64,000 nucleotides of DNA from Malacoraja senta (Eukaryota). Position 1 is the stretch's first letter, and every line of letters starts with the position of its first letter. The stretch lies in contig CM075987.1 of the NCBI GenBank assembly GCA_038087875.1, forward strand, positions 21,020,001 to 21,084,000. The letters run 5' to 3'. Under the pieces are notes generated by a model. The model was not told the origin of the DNA and searched no databases. It was given only the letters and a program-made list of their open reading frames with translations. Both the position numbers and the translations under genes were made by a program. Below are positions 1 through 13,357 of this stretch, piece by piece.

Positions 1-122
1 GATAAGGGGAGAAGGTAGGAACGGGGTACTGATTGGGGATGATCAGCCATGATCACATTGAATGCCGGTGCTGGCTCGAAGGGCCGAATGGCCTACTCCT
101 GCACCTATTGTCTATTGTCTAT
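1..122 (+). mobile_element. Young CR1 LINE 3' end
   Basis: ...gatcagccatgatcacattgaatg...gaagggccgaatggcctactcctgcacct + (attgtct)n tail. Confidence 0.85.
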
Positions 123-284
123 AATCCATGTTAATTCCCTGGGGTGAAAGGACTAAATTAAAGTGGGACAGTGGCCCAGCGCATGATACTGTAATCTCAC
201 AATTCAATCCTGGTCTCATTGTGGAGACTCTCGCCACCACTGCCAAGCTGTACAGCCGTTGACTCACGTTCAATTGATGGCCAT

Positions 285-560
285 TGTCTGTGTGGAGTTT
301 GCATGTTCTGCGTTTCTGCGGTTGTTTGGGTTTCCTCTGGCTGCTCCAGTTCCCTCCTACATTCCAAAAACGTTTTGTAGGCGGGTTAATCGGCTACCAT
401 GAACAATCCTTCAGTGCAAGTAGATGGTAGGTTGTTCATGGTGGAGTTGTGGGGCTTGTGACAGAGAGGGGATTACATGGAAATAAGTTGAGGAATGGGT
501 TGGATGGAATTCTTCTGAGAGCTAGCATGGACTAAATGGGCTGAATGTCCTCTGTCATGA
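285..560 (+). mobile_element. Old V-SINE-like remnant (similar remnants at ~15720-15920 and ~35860-36015)
   Basis: gtctgtgtggagtttgcatgttct...gggtttcctctggctgctccagttccctcc. Confidence 0.6.
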
Positions 561-1289
561 AAGAGGATGGTGACATTTTTTTGCTTACACAAGTTACCAA
601 CTCTGAATGGTCACAGTCCTGGAGGTTTTATTACACGACTCCCCCCGTCTACATTAGACTTCTCAATGCCCTGTCTTCCCAAGCCAATTTTATATCCAAT
701 TTGATGTTACAGTCAGTCAAAAGGACCTTTGTCCCCATCTTTAATATTTTACCACGAGTAAACAAAGAAAAAAAATTAAATCACAGATTTATTTTTGAAT
801 ATCTAACTTTTCCTTCGGGAATTTTATCCACCGTAATGTCTTAGCAATTTCTGGAGAACCCTGGGGAGTCCATAAAGACTGGCAATCCGAACAGTATCAA
901 AATATGGCTGACCTCCATTATGCCAATATCTTGCCTCCAGGATCATTCTAGGGCATGGGAGACAAACACGGCCATGTGGGAACTCAAGGCATACAGGAAA
1001 GCCAAGGGAGTAAAGGGTAACAGCGATTGTGAGAAAGAGCAGGAAAATGAGAGAGACACAAACACTCAAGTTGAAAGGTCGTTACAATAATGAAAAAGGA
1101 TGAACATGAGCAGAGTTCAAAATAAATGGGATAAATCAGAAAATTATATCAAATATTATAGATGATCATAAACCGGCATAGACAGTAGCTGGATCAGAGC
1201 TTAGGCCAAGTTAGTTTTCCTTCATGTGGAGCCACAGGAAGAGTAGGATTATGTTCAGCAGAAAAATCAGAGACCAGGAAAATAAAACG

Positions 1290-1560
1290 TCCATTCTGCT
1301 TTTCACATCCTCAGGCCATCCCAAAATACTTTACAACCAAAGAATTACTTTCTGAAGTGTGGACTTTGTAGTAATGTAAGAAGCAAAGTAGCCAGTTTGT
1401 GCACAGCAAGCCCCGACAAGTAAAATGATGATGGCTGGATCAATTATATACTGACGTCGATTCAAAGATAAATATTGCTCAGATACAGCGGAGAACTGCT
1501 TGCTCCAGTTTGAAACATTACCCACAGGTACTTTTCCATCCACTTGAGAGAACAGATCGT
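1290..1560 (-). mobile_element. Ancient DeuSINE (SacSINE1/AmnSINE1-like) remnant
   Basis: Reverse complement ...ctctcaagtggatggaaaag...caatatttatc...gctgtgcacaaactggct...acacttcagaaagtaattctttggttgtaaagtattttgggatggcctgagg resembles the remembered Deu domain and tail. Confidence 0.6.
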
Positions 1561-1589
1561 GGTAACTGTGTGGAATGAGCAGCCAGAGA

Positions 1590-2004
1590 ATGGGTCGAGA
1601 CCCAATCCTTCTCTCCAGAGATGCTGCCTGACCTGCTGAGTTTAGTTTAGTTTAGAGATACAGCGCTGAAACAGGCCCTTCAGCCCACCGGGTCCGCGTC
1701 GACTAACGATCCCCGCACATTAACACCATCCTGCACCCACTAGGGACAATTTACCATGCCATTAACCTGCAAACCTGTACGTCTTTGGAATGTGGGAGGA
1801 AACCAAAGATCTCGGAGAAAATCCACGCAGGTCACGGGGAGAACGTACAAACCCCGTACAGACAGCACCCGTAGTCGGGATCGAACCCGGGACCCCGGCG
1901 CTACACTCGCTGTAAGGCAGCAACTCTACCGCTGCGCCACCTTTACACCAGCATTTTGTGTCTATCTTCGGTGTAAACCAGCATCTGCAGTGCCTTCCTG
2001 CACA
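1590..2004 (+). mobile_element. PLE-terminus element (family B) split by a V-SINE, nested in a CR1 fragment
   Basis: Terminal-repeat sequence at 1590-1640 resumes at 1943. ccagagaa flanks both sides. Confidence 0.75.
1641..1941 (-). mobile_element. tRNA-derived V-SINE/HE1-like SINE
   Basis: tRNA-like head with B box GGTTCGATCC, central V-domain-like sequence, CR1-type 3' end and (CTAAA)n tail. Confidence 0.85.
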
Positions 2005-2469
2005 ACCAGAGAACGTTGTTGAGGGAGGAGAAATAACAACATTTAAAAGACATTTGGACAGGATCGTAGGCAGAATCGATTTAGAGGGGTATAGGTCAAA
2101 TGCTAGCAAATGGGACTTGCTTTGAAGGGGCATCTTGGTCAGTATGGATGACCTGGGCCGAAGGGCCTGTTTCCATGCTGCATGACTATGATAGATCAAG
2201 CCTCTGTTTATGATTCACAGGACAACACACCCAACAGTAAGGAACTTCCTCCATTTTGCTCCAGAATGTTTGTCAACATGTATAAACTGAAAACGACCAG
2301 TGTGCAACCCAGTGGGCCATGATTGGCAAGGTCTGACATGTTGACAGTTGTGATGGCACCAATGAAGCTGTTCTTCTTGAAGTGGAATTCAAGAGTTTCC
2401 CAATTCTGCCCCCCTTGTCAATTGTAAACCATTCTTAATGAGTGTAACCTCAGCAAAGCTCCCTGCAAC

Positions 2470-3035
2470 ACAGCACCAAAGTGCTTGAGGAATGCAGCAG
2501 GCCGGGCAGCATCTGTGCAGGAAGTGAACAGATGACATGAGAGATGGACAGGTGACATTTCAGGTCGGGACTCTCCTTCAGACTGATTGAATGGTTCATT
2601 CAGAATCACTGAAGTAAAGTCCCGACGTGAAATGTCACCTGTCCATCTCTCTCCACACATGCTGCCTGACTCGTTCAGCTTAGACTTTAGACTTAGCGGA
2701 AACAGGGCCTTTGACCCACTGAGTCTGTGACGACCAGCAATCACCCAGTACACTAGCATTATCCTTCACACGAGGGGCAAGTTACAATTTACAGAAGCCA
2801 TTTAACCTACAAATCTATACATATTTGGTGTGTGCGAGGAAACCAGAACACCCGGAGAAAACCCACGCGGTCACAGGGAGAACGTACAAACTCTGTACAG
2901 TCAGCATCTGTAGTCAGGATCAAACCCGGGTCCTGCGCTATCACCTCTACCACTGCGTCACTGTGCTGCCCAGTTCTTCCAGCACTTTGTGCTTTGCTCA
3001 AGATTCAAACATCTGTAGTTTCTTGTGTCTGCCTA
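2470..3035. mobile_element. Older fold-back PLE-terminus element split by a V-SINE
   Basis: Diverged inverted arms with degenerate hammerhead-like cores (~2555-2585 minus, ~2609-2640 plus). V-SINE at 2679-2970. Confidence 0.7.
2679..2970 (-). mobile_element. V-SINE/HE1-like SINE
   Basis: Same architecture as 1641-1941, more diverged. Confidence 0.8.
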
Positions 3036-3599
3036 CAGCAGAGTACTGAAATATGTTTCTTATTTTCCTTTCAAATAGAATCCAGCACAAACACGACCTC
3101 CTCCTGACAAGACCCAAAAAGGAAAGAAAAATATAAGGCTCCACAGTGACTACATTAATTTGTCACAGTGCCTTGTCAAGTCTCGCAGTATGAGAACACA
3201 TTTGGATCCAGATCAGACAAATGCCCATGTTTTCATCAAAGAAGATGAGGCTGAGCTGTGGAAAACCAGGGGGGGATTTGATACACTGCAGAGAACAGGT
3301 TTAAGCTCATTGGTAAAGAACCAGGTTTGGGGTCGAGTTGAAGAGCTTTTTTCCACACAGCGACTTGTTGTGACTTGTATCGTACCATTTTATAAGATGG
3401 TGGAAGCAGATTTGTCAAAAATCTTAAAAGTCAATTGGCTACTAAGAAACATTTGCAGGGCTTTGAGAACAAGCAGAGGATTGGGACCGTTGAATATATC
3501 TTTCAGAGACAATTTTGATGAGGACAATAAGTTACTATCCTAACCAGAAATCATGAATAAACAGAAATATTCACCCTCTGCTAAAGGCCACATGCGAGA

Positions 3600-4780
3600 T
3601 TTTCAAGAAGGATGATCCCGTACTGTATAAAAAGACCAATTATCTTGTCCACAAGGCTACCAAAAATGCCAAAAGAGAATTCCAAAACAAGCTAGAGGCT
3701 CAAATAGATCCAGCAGATGCCAGACGAATGTGAAATAGTTTGAATACCATCGCAAGCTAAAAGCTGAAATTGGGAGCAATGTCTGGCAACAACACATCTT
3801 CCCCTTCTATGCTTTACACACCCATTTCAAACATGCAAACAAAGTTTAACCACAAAGCGTGTTCCCCCATCATCCGCTGGGTCTGTCCCAGACATCTCAG
3901 TCGCAAACGTTAGATCTGCTTTCATGAGGGTGAACACTGGGAAAATGGCCGATCTGAATGAAGTTCCTTGTTGGGTTCTGAAATTGTGCGCCAATCAACT
4001 GGCCTCAGTCTTCACTGACTTCTTCAATGTCTCACAGATCTGGTTGATAGCTTCATGTGCCTTGGAATCCTTTTCACCGGCAACTTAACCTGGTCCCTTC
4101 ACACTGCTCTGGTGATCAAGAAAGCACATCAGCATATCCGCATGGTTACTTTCATAGGCACCTGAGAAGATTCGGCATGTCCAAGTGGTTTCTCTCAAGC
4201 TTGACCAGATGCGCTATGGAAAGTATTCTGATGGGATCATCCATCTTATCCTGGCATGCCAACTGCTCGGCTCATGCACTTTGCAGAGAATGGTGAACAC
4301 AGCCCTGTCCATTAAAAGCTCATTATTTCCTTCAAACCATCTTCATGGTGGTTGGAAGCACCATCAGGAGGGTTGGAAGTATTATCAAAGATGCCTTTCT
4401 CTCTTCCACCATGCGGGAGAAGGTACCGGAGTTGAAAGCCCAGACATCCAGACATAAGGACAACTTCCATCACTGCTTTAATACTACTATCAGACTCTTG
4501 AACCAATCACCTCTTTCATACCCCCATCCCGGAGGTGGGGGTCAGGTACTTTTACTCTTTCCTCACTCTACCTCATTCGGTTATTCCGTTATTGTACTTT
4601 ATTATCTATTTCTGACCTACTCCAGATTGCATTACAATCTTCACACCATTCTGCTGTTTCCCCATTGTGTTTATTGTTGTATCTCTCATTGTCATGTGTC
4701 CTGTGTGCTTCATGCAAACAAGAAATGTTGAAGTACCCGGGTGTATATGAGAATAAACTCATCTGAATCCGAGTCAGTGA
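3600..4780 (+). mobile_element. Old Rex1/Babar-type LINE remnant
   Basis: Degenerate similarity to 14545-15125 (aacttaacctggtcc...aaagcacatcagc...gctatggaaagtattctg...ctatcagactcttgaacc). Confidence 0.62.
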
Positions 4781-4833
4781 AAACATGATAGGCTGAATGG
4801 TCATCGCCTGCAACGTATGACCTTATTGGATCT

Positions 4834-5286
4834 GAACTGAACTTTATTTATAGAGCACTTTAAAAACAACCACTGTCGCAACAAAGTGCTGTACATGACT
4901 AATCGTAAACATAAAACAAAACAATAAAAACATTAAAAGACAGTAAAAACAATAAAAAATAGAAACACTAAAACAGGAACAAAGTCTCACGCAGGGTCAT
5001 AAGCCAAGGAATAGAAAAGGGTTTTAAGACTAGTTTTGAAAATGGACAGTGAAGGGGCCTGTCTAATGTGCAAAGGTAGAGTGTTCCATAATGTCGGAGC
5101 AGCAACAGAGAAGGCTCTATCCCCTCTGAGCTTCCGCTTAGACCTCGGTACCTCCAGGAGCAGCTGATCAGCTGACCTGAGGCACCGAGCAGGAGCGTAG
5201 GGATGAAGCAGCTCAGAGAGGTAAGGCGGGGCGAGACCATTTAAAGATTTAAAAACAAATAAAAGAATCTTAAAATGAACTTTAAA
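4834..5286 (-). mobile_element. L2 LINE 3' fragment with uninterrupted reading frame
   Basis: VHFKILLFVFKSLNGLAPPYLSELLHPYAPARCLRSADQLLLEVPRSKRKLRGDRAFSVAAPTLWNTLP...FKTSLKTLF. L2-type 3' end (aagtgctctataaataaa) with a short repeat tail. ggatct at 4828-4833 and 5287-5292. Confidence 0.9.
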
Positions 5287-5552
5287 GGATCTCTCAGAAG
5301 CCGCCGGGCTCTTCATGTAGAATGGAGTAGCCTGAATACCAGTGCCTTCTTGTATGTATGAAAACTCTCAGGCAATTTGTGCATCATAAGTTTCCACAAT
5401 GGAATGAACAGATGGTGTATTTACTTTTTTTGTCATTGCGGAGGTTGTTTGAAAGACGAACATTAGCCAGGACACTGGAAGATCTCCCACCCTCCTTTAC
5501 ACCACCTGAACCACCACAGGACAGAGATAAATATCCCCACTCTAAGGTTTCA

Positions 5553-5640
5553 GATGATCAGCCATGATCTCATTGAATGGCGGTGCTGGCTCGAAGGGCC
5601 GAATGGCCTACTCCTGCACCTATTGTCTATTGTCTATTGT
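5553..5640 (+). mobile_element. CR1 3' end, short
   Basis: Same 3'UTR and (attgtct)n tail. Confidence 0.82.
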
Positions 5641-6046
5641 TTCCCAACATCCGGTTGAAAGATTAATGGAAATTAATGGAAATGGATGTACTAAATGTTT
5701 TTTGTCGGTTCCCATTACTTTTTGGACTATTTAGTAACTAGATAGTCCAAGAAGTAAAGGGAACGGACAAAAACATTTCAAAACCTATATTATTGAACTT
5801 TGAACATTCAAGAACAAATTACAAACAGTGTGGCAGTAATATTATAAACAAATGTTTGCTTTTTAAGGTACTTTAATGATTTTAAACAGTAATATTAAAA
5901 TGGTTAGCTAAACTCACCTCATTCACACCTCTGTTATCTCGACATCTGGTTATCCGAAGCACTCCTGGATGATCAGTAACCCTCCTTGCTACATTAATTT
6001 ACCATCATCCTAATATCTGTTGACCATGAATAAACAAGCAATGAAG

Positions 6047-6368
6047 GACGGCACGGTGGAGCAGCAGTGGAGATGCTGCCTTACAGCGCTTACAGCGCCT
6101 GAGACCCGGGTTCGATCCTGACTACTGGTGCTGTCTGTACGGAGTTTGTACGTTCGCCACGTGACCGCATGGGTTTTCTCCGAGATCTTCGGTTTCCTCC
6201 CACGCTCCAAAGACGTACAGGTTTGTAGGTTAATTATTGGCTTGGTATAAATGTATATTGCCCCTTGTATGATGTAGGATAGTGTTAATGTGCATGGATC
6301 GCTGGTCGGTGCAGTCTCGGTGGGCCGAAGGGCCTGTTTCCATGCTGTATCTCCAGACTAAACTAAAA
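6047..6368 (+). mobile_element. V-SINE/HE1-like SINE
   Basis: ggcacggtggagcagc...gggttcgatcc...ggagtttgtacgtt...gggccgaagggcctgtttcc...ctaaactaaa. Confidence 0.87.
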
Positions 6369-7019
6369 CACCATATCCACCTCACCCACCTGCTTCTGCT
6401 CATTGATTGACCCTGCCTCAAGACTCATCCACACCTCAGCCTTGTAAAATGCTCATTCTTATTTTCAAATTCCTCCATGTTCTGAACCCTCCTTACCCCT
6501 GATCTGCCACAGTTTTCAAATCATCTTGGATATCTTCTCAATTCTAGCCTCCCAATCATCCTTGGCTTTTAATCAAACTTGGCAGCCATACTCTGAGTTC
6601 TAGAAATTTCCCCATAAACCTCTCCACTTTACTTCGCTTTGAGACACCTCTTGAAAACTCTCCCTTTGATCAAGCTCTTGGTTGTCTGTGGTAATAGATC
6701 CCTATAGAGCTCAGTTTCTGAGATGCACATTGGGACCTTTCCGAGTAGCAATGGAAGCTACTGCAATATATTACTGTCAGTACATGAACATGAATTCGGG
6801 ATGAATTTGTTGCTTCATCTAAAAGGTGAAAACTCTGGCAACCCCCCCAGCTTTCCCGGGTGATCTTTGTGGAGCACATAAGTTCATAAGTGATAGGAGC
6901 AGAATTAGGCCATTTGGCCCATCAAGTCTACAATGCCAGTCAATCATGGCTGATCTATCTCTTCCTCCCTCTACTAATCAAATGCACATGCGTTTGGCTC
7001 ACAGGAGTGACCTAGATCT

Positions 7020-7190
7020 TCCAGCTATCTGCCACTTTAATTCAAAATTCACTCCCATTCTGACAAGTTGCTTTGTGGTCTCCTGCACTATTACAAAATG
7101 ATACAACGTAAGAAACAACACCTCATCTTCCATCTGGGCCTGTTGCAGCCTTCCGGAGTCAATATCGAATTCTCCAACTTTAAGTAACTC
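7020..7190 (+). mobile_element. Old PLE GIY-YIG C-terminal remnant
   Basis: Encodes HLIFHLGLLQPSGVNIEFSNFK*, homologous to 52750-52816. Confidence 0.75.
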
Positions 7191-7269
7191 ACTCTTCCTG
7201 TCTGTGTCGGAAATGGCCATCTCATCATGGAGACACAAGACATCTTGAGGTAAATTTTGGAATCTTGAG

Positions 7270-7470
7270 GTAAACACAACGAACGTGCTGGAGGAACTCA
7301 GCAGGTCAGGCAAAATCTGGGGAGGGAAGGACAGGTTATGTTTCAAGTCAGGACCCTTCTTCAGACACTTTGTTCAGTCTGAAGAAGGATCCCAACCCGA
7401 AACATTGCCTGTACATTTCCACCTCAGATGCTGCTTGATTGACTCCGTCAGTTCCTCCAGCACTCTGTGT
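7270..7470. mobile_element. Older fold-back PLE-terminus element
   Basis: gtgctggaggaactcagc...ccttcttcagac / gtctgaagaagg...gttcctccagcac inverted arms. Confidence 0.72.
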
Positions 7471-8999
7471 ATCATTTTGGCTGGGGTTTTTGTTCTGTGG
7501 GTATGGTCTGGCCAGCTGAACATGTATCACAGCCTCAGTCATAGAGGCATAATGTCCTTACAACTGCTATTAACTATTTGAACTCACAGAATCAGAAGCA
7601 TTTCCTTTGTACTACACCTCCTTCCCAACCTTCTCTCCTGCAGGAAACTAACATATTTTTATTCCCTTTATCAGTTCCCAGAAAGGAATCTGGATCTAAA
7701 ACTCTGACTGTTTTGTTTCCACAAAAACTGCCCGACCTGCTCAGTCCTCCCAGCATTTTTCTGTTTTTGGATTTCCAGTATCTGCAATTTGTTAATTCCC
7801 TACCTCAGTAACGCACTGAGGCTGTTTGCCCAGTTCATGGTTAAGTAATGCAGTGGGACTTGAACAAATATGGGATAAGAGAGTTATCACCTGATCCATT
7901 CTTCAGCCTCAAGGCTGCCAGTCTTTCCCACCTGTTTATCACAGTCGGGTGTGTTTGAGAAGTTGCCAACCCTATCTCCTGGGGAGGGTGATCATAAATC
8001 ACTTCTACAATTCCACATGCACTTAGAGTTTTGAAACAGTGGAAAGAATAGAAGAATAGAAAGCCAGTCAGTCAATCAAACACTTTATACTGTCAGATAA
8101 AGGCTAATCTGCACTTAACTCCATCACTCTTCTGCTGATTAAATAAACCCAATACATTTTCAATGGACCTCCAGCCTTCATGGCTGTTTTGTGGGGAAGA
8201 GGGAGTGTGGATGTCTTCCACAATTCCGCTCCTCTTTGTGGGAAAAAATGCTTCCTGACCGTCTCCGATCGGCTGCCCTAACAATAAGATTATGCACCTA
8301 AGTGGAGCTGGAATTGTCACCCCACCATCACACTATCTGCAGGATAAGGCCCCCGCCCAAGTAAAAGGTTGTTGGGAGACACATTGTGCTGGGAAATGCA
8401 TATCTGATCCAGGGGACTAGACAAGGCACTTCAATATTCCAGACAAGACCAAAAGAGCTGCTGTCTATTTCTGGAACTTTGTGTTCTTTAATCTTTCAAA
8501 GTTTGTCTCTTTATTATTTCCTTCTGGGCTCTGCTGCGGTGAGACAGCACAGATCCTGTATTTTGCATCTGAATTTAATTTCCGTTGTTTCGGCAGGATG
8601 TTGTCAAGACTTAAACAAACCTTGTGAGTGGCACACATATCAGCAGTCAATAATAAAACTGCACTTAACAGTAAGGGCCTCCTTCCTACGCAAGCTCCCC
8701 TCTGAACAAAAGTCCTCCCCTCTGAACAAAAGTCACCCCCTCCACCCCAACCCCAAACTCACTACCTCGCCCAGCCTCACAGCTCAGTGACTCCCAGTCG
8801 CCCGTAAATGACAAGCTCTCAACAATCACACCCTCCCGCTACGCACACCTGACCAATCTCATGGGACACTGCTTAGCCTTTTCTGTATCTTTCTTAATTT
8901 CACACGGGGAGAAATATATTGGCTGAAGATTGTTTTCTGTTACAATGGAGATCTTAGGGGGTTAAAGAGGCAGATTGGAAGGAGCATCTTAAAAGAGGG

Positions 9000-9210
9000 A
9001 TGTAGGAAGGAACTGCAGATGCTGGTTTACACCGAAGATCGACACAAAATGCTGGAATAACTCTGCGGGACAGGCAGCATCTCTGGATAGAAGGAATGGG
9101 CGACGTTTCGGGGTCAAGACCCTTCTTCAGACTGAGACCCGAAACATCACCCATTCCTTCTATCCAGAGATGCTGCGTGTCTCGCTGACTTGATCCAGCA
9201 TTTTGTGTCT
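9000..9210. mobile_element. Short fold-back PLE-terminus element (family B), 14-bp TSD
   Basis: Inverted arms. TSD atcttaa(a/g)agaggg at 8986-8999 and 9211-9224. Confidence 0.85.
9099..9133 (-). ncRNA. Minimal type-I hammerhead ribozyme motif (LAMC3 sense strand)
   Basis: Reverse complement is agu-CUGAAGA-A-GGGU(CUUG)ACCCC-GAAACGUC-gcc. Confidence 0.62.
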
Positions 9211-11559
9211 ATCTTAAGAGAGGGGCTTCGGAAGGAAATTGCAGACCTTGGGAACTGGACTGCTGACAGCACTGATCCCAATGGAATGGAGACGGATACG
9301 TGGGTGCAACGATAAAAGGAGGTTATGAATGTGGACTGATGGAGATCAGAGAAAGTGAGAGGGCTTGAGGCTTTCAATGAGGATTCTAGACCTTTCCATC
9401 ATTTGTAGTTCAAGAAACTATCAGAGTCAAAATTCCCAGACCTTCTGTGCTTTTTGTGGTGTAATTACAAACCTTGTCGAACCTCTGACATTATAGTTAG
9501 ATCAGAACTGTTTTTAATTAAACCTGTGAAGCAACCCACTCCACCAGATGAATCTGATGATGGTTACATTGGAATGTTCTCATTTCCAAATGTGAATTAT
9601 GACGACAGTGAAGGGTATCGGAGAGGTAGAATGCCTCGGGCCTGGAAGTACTATGATTAGAGTTAGGTCTAATTAAAAAGGGCACGTTGTTCTTTGCGTG
9701 GAGCCTAGACGGGGAGATGTTTTTCATGGCAGTACAGTATATCCAATCACAATATCCTCTGCACTGGGAACATCTCTAGATACATGGAGTGGGTCCGAAC
9801 TGGTGAGATCAGCCCTTGTCAAATCCCCTGGTCCAAAGAATGGTAAAGGGAGAGAGGCACAGGAGAGGGAAAGGGAGAAATGGACAGACACAAAACACAG
9901 ATTAGCACAGAACATTACCCTGTCATTTTGTATTGCTGCAACTTCAGCTTCCACCACAGTGATAAAACTGCTAACTTTGATGAAGAAAAATCCCTTCAAA
10001 GGACAGCAATTTGCGTTTGATTCCGCAGATACCTATAATCAGAGAAACCCTTTGGGAAAATTCTCTGTAAACCACAGGAAGTTTAGCATTTTTACAATGC
10101 CTTTCACAATCGTAGAATATCTCAGCCTAGGTTTTCACTATTATAGCAAAACAAAAGTTAGTTTGTGCACACCAGGATCCCACATACAGCATGTGGACTG
10201 AACAGAGATTTTGTGTTAGTATTACTGGTAGAAGGTTACTATTGGCCAGCACGACTCTTCAGAATAGTAGTATGGGATCTTTTCCATTTATCCAAGAAGA
10301 CGCGCAGTGCGATGATTCATTTGATGAATGGCACATTAGACGGTGTCCCTCAATGCTGCATTCCTGCATCAACCCAGTTTATATGTGGAATGATTTAACG
10401 TTCAGGTGGCAGAGAGACCTACGAGCAAGCATTATTTTCTGTTCAATATGTTAATCTGATCTGAGGATATCAGTGGCACTCGATTGTTATTTTAACTTGG
10501 AGATGTAGGGTAAATGGTATGTGCTGCAAGTTGTAAAAGGGTCATGGGATATCCTCAGCAACCAGGGGGGAGACAGGAGAGGTCCACAAAGTATTTTCCC
10601 ATGTCCAAGAGCATGTTTGTGCAGTAATCTAACTGACCCTGCAGAAAGTTAAAATCAGCCCTTCAGTTTACATGCCTGAAGTGCCTGAAGCACTGTAGGA
10701 CCATCTTTAGTATTGCTTGACTTTACAGCCACTTTAATCATTTGTGTTGCTTTCAGAGGACTAGTCATACTTTCTCATGTATTAGCCTAAACATTACAAG
10801 GTAGTGTTAATTTAATCAACCATCATTTGTTTGCTCTGCAGGGCTCGGGGCTTGGGATCCTGGAGTTCAGGAAGGGCTTTGGCAAGGTTCTCATTTCCTT
10901 TTACAGTTAAACGTTTGCATGGAGCATGTGCACAGATGCCGCTCCAAGGCGGCAGGTAGGTGACTTCACTTTTATGGGGAATCCCAAGTGAGATTTAAAC
11001 TGGGATGAAACAACAATGAATATATTTCAAAAGTGAGGCAAAATAGTTTTTTTTTTAAATAATCCAATAGACTTTTTTCCATTGGATGTATGGAATTAAG
11101 AATTCATCCGCAGAATCTTCCACAGATGCAACAGGTCAATGACCTCCTTGCCCATTAAACTGTGATTCTACAATGATCAAGCCATCAATCCCACTGTTCC
11201 GGACATATGGAGTATGACCAATTACATTAACAAGAGCTAACGTGAGTGACTACCTCTGAAGAAATGATGTTTGGATTCAGGATATCCACAGCCCCTGCCT
11301 TCACCCCACCCTACACAAAGAATCCCCTTATTGTTCAAAACTCACGAATGAGGGTTGTCATGAGGAAGGTACAGAGGGAGAGGGGAGAGTGATGAAGAGA
11401 TGGATCAGGAAGAAGTAGAATGTTAAGATGTGAGGGGAAGTGGGAAGTTTCTCTTCAGTGCCAGAATAATTGGAGGAAGACTTGCTCTTCCAACAATAAT
11501 GCCATGGATTCTTCCGTATCTATCCAAACGGATAGGAAGGGTTTAATAGGAATAAACAA

Positions 11560-12450
11560 GTCTTTCGCAGATTGAGAGGAGTACCACAGGGTTCAGTGTG
11601 TGGGCTCCAATTATTTCTAATCTACGCCAACAATTTGGACGAGAGGACCAATCGTAATATTTCCGAGTTTGCTGACAACAGAAAACAAAGCACGAATGCA
11701 AAGTGACAAGAATACACCGAGGGTCCGAGGGTAGACTGATATGCTGCGAAAATCATAAAACCTGCAGATACTGGAAATCTGAAATAAAAGCAGAACATGC
11801 TAGAAATAGCAAAACAGGCAGCATATGTGAAAGGAGAAAGACAATTAATGTTTCAAATCAAATACATTTTGACATAATTGAAGAAAAGAGAAAAAACTTT
11901 TTTTTTGCCTAAATAAACAGACAAGACCATGGCTGATGGCTTGTAAAGTGGAGAAATGCATTGGTGTAAAAAACAGAAATGCAGAGTTTTAAAAAAAAAA
12001 TAGTAACAGAATGGGGAATGTTGATCTGTGTGTCCTTACACACAAACTACTGAAAGGTAACATGAAGATTCAGCAGACAGTAATGTTGGCCTTTATTGTA
12101 AGATGATTTGAGTACAAGAAACAGGAATTTATATAGAACCATGGTGAGACCAAACACAGTGTACTATGAACAAATTGAGTCTCCATATCAAAATAAGGAT
12201 ATGCTTGCAATAGAGAGAGGACACTGAAGATGGTTCCTAGGCTGGTGGGTATGAGGAAAGATTGAGTGGATGAGAGATAAAATCTCTAATGTTGAAAAAA
12301 ATGAGAGGTGACATCATTGAGACATACAGGCTCATAGAGCTAGATAATGTAGATGCAACAAAGATACTCCCCAGCTAAGAAATCTAGAACCATGGATCAC
12401 GGTATGAAAATTAGGTTTGGGCCACTTTGGAGTGAAACTTGGAGAAACCT
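11560..12450 (+). mobile_element. Old degenerate CR1 (similar old remnants at ~14300-15340, ~15945-16230, ~20280-20560, ~22900-23610, ~26570-27700, ~28630-29120, ~31845-32050, ~42120-43040)
   Basis: gagtaccacagggttcagtgtgtgggctcc...tttgctgacaac...atgagaggtgacatcattgagacatac. Confidence 0.65.
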
Positions 12451-13357
12451 CCTCATTCAGCAGCCTCTCCCCAAAAATGCACTGACTCAGTAATGCACTG
12501 GCAGCGGTGGTTTGGATGATGAAACTGGGACTGAACCCACAGACCTGAATTGGAAATCAAACCCATGATTCTGACGCCAAGTTGCTACTGGACTGAGTCA
12601 TGGATGCTATGTTTTCAAGTGACATAATTTCAGGCCAATCAGTTGAACAATGATGTGGTAGTGCAATGAAGGGGGTGGAAGATTGCAACCTTCACGTGTT
12701 TCGACTAATGCAATCAACCTCGATGTGCACAAACGGAAGATCAAATAGAACAAGTTGTCCAACAACTTTAGGCTGTGCACGCCACACGAAAGAAGAAGAA
12801 GTGCAATGAAGGAGGTCCACATCTAATTTGAGTCTGTAATAATTACAGCACAGAAATAACCCAATTAAACATTGAGGATGTCCTGTGTCAATCCACATTG
12901 AAAGACTAAACAAGCCATTATCTCAGAGGAGCAAACTTCACTGGGCACTATGCCATGAGACGATTTATGTTTCCAGTGCTTATCGGAGGGCGGAAGTAAC
13001 ACAGGCAAATAAAATGCTGCATCCTTGTACAAATCAAATAAATAAACAAATTGCAGACTGATCAGTCTTCACTTCAAGGGCTCAGCACATCATTTCCAAG
13101 GTCAATTAGTAAGAAAGACTGTCAGTAATATTGGCTTTACTCCTAATAGACTCAAGATGTTGTTAGGTAGGGTAGCACATCTTTACAGAGCAAGGCTGCA
13201 CAGGCGTGCTTGTTTCCAAGAGACCAAACACTGGGGAATCAAAGGCGTAAATAGAAAGAAGAAGAATTGAAGAAAGTCTTGCATTTTTAAAGTCCCTTCT
13301 CAAATTTAGAATATCCCGAAGTTAGTTCCAGTCAGTTGAAAGCTTACAATGCTCTGC

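Noticed and set aside
6047..6125. tRNA genes at A/B-box sequences (also 1870-1941 and 24704-24775)
   Set aside because: They are SINE heads continuing into the V-domain and CR1-type tail.
9454..10201. ORFs of 68 aa and 167 aa antisense to LAMC3 intron 1
   Set aside because: No recognisable motifs, and lengths are compatible with chance.
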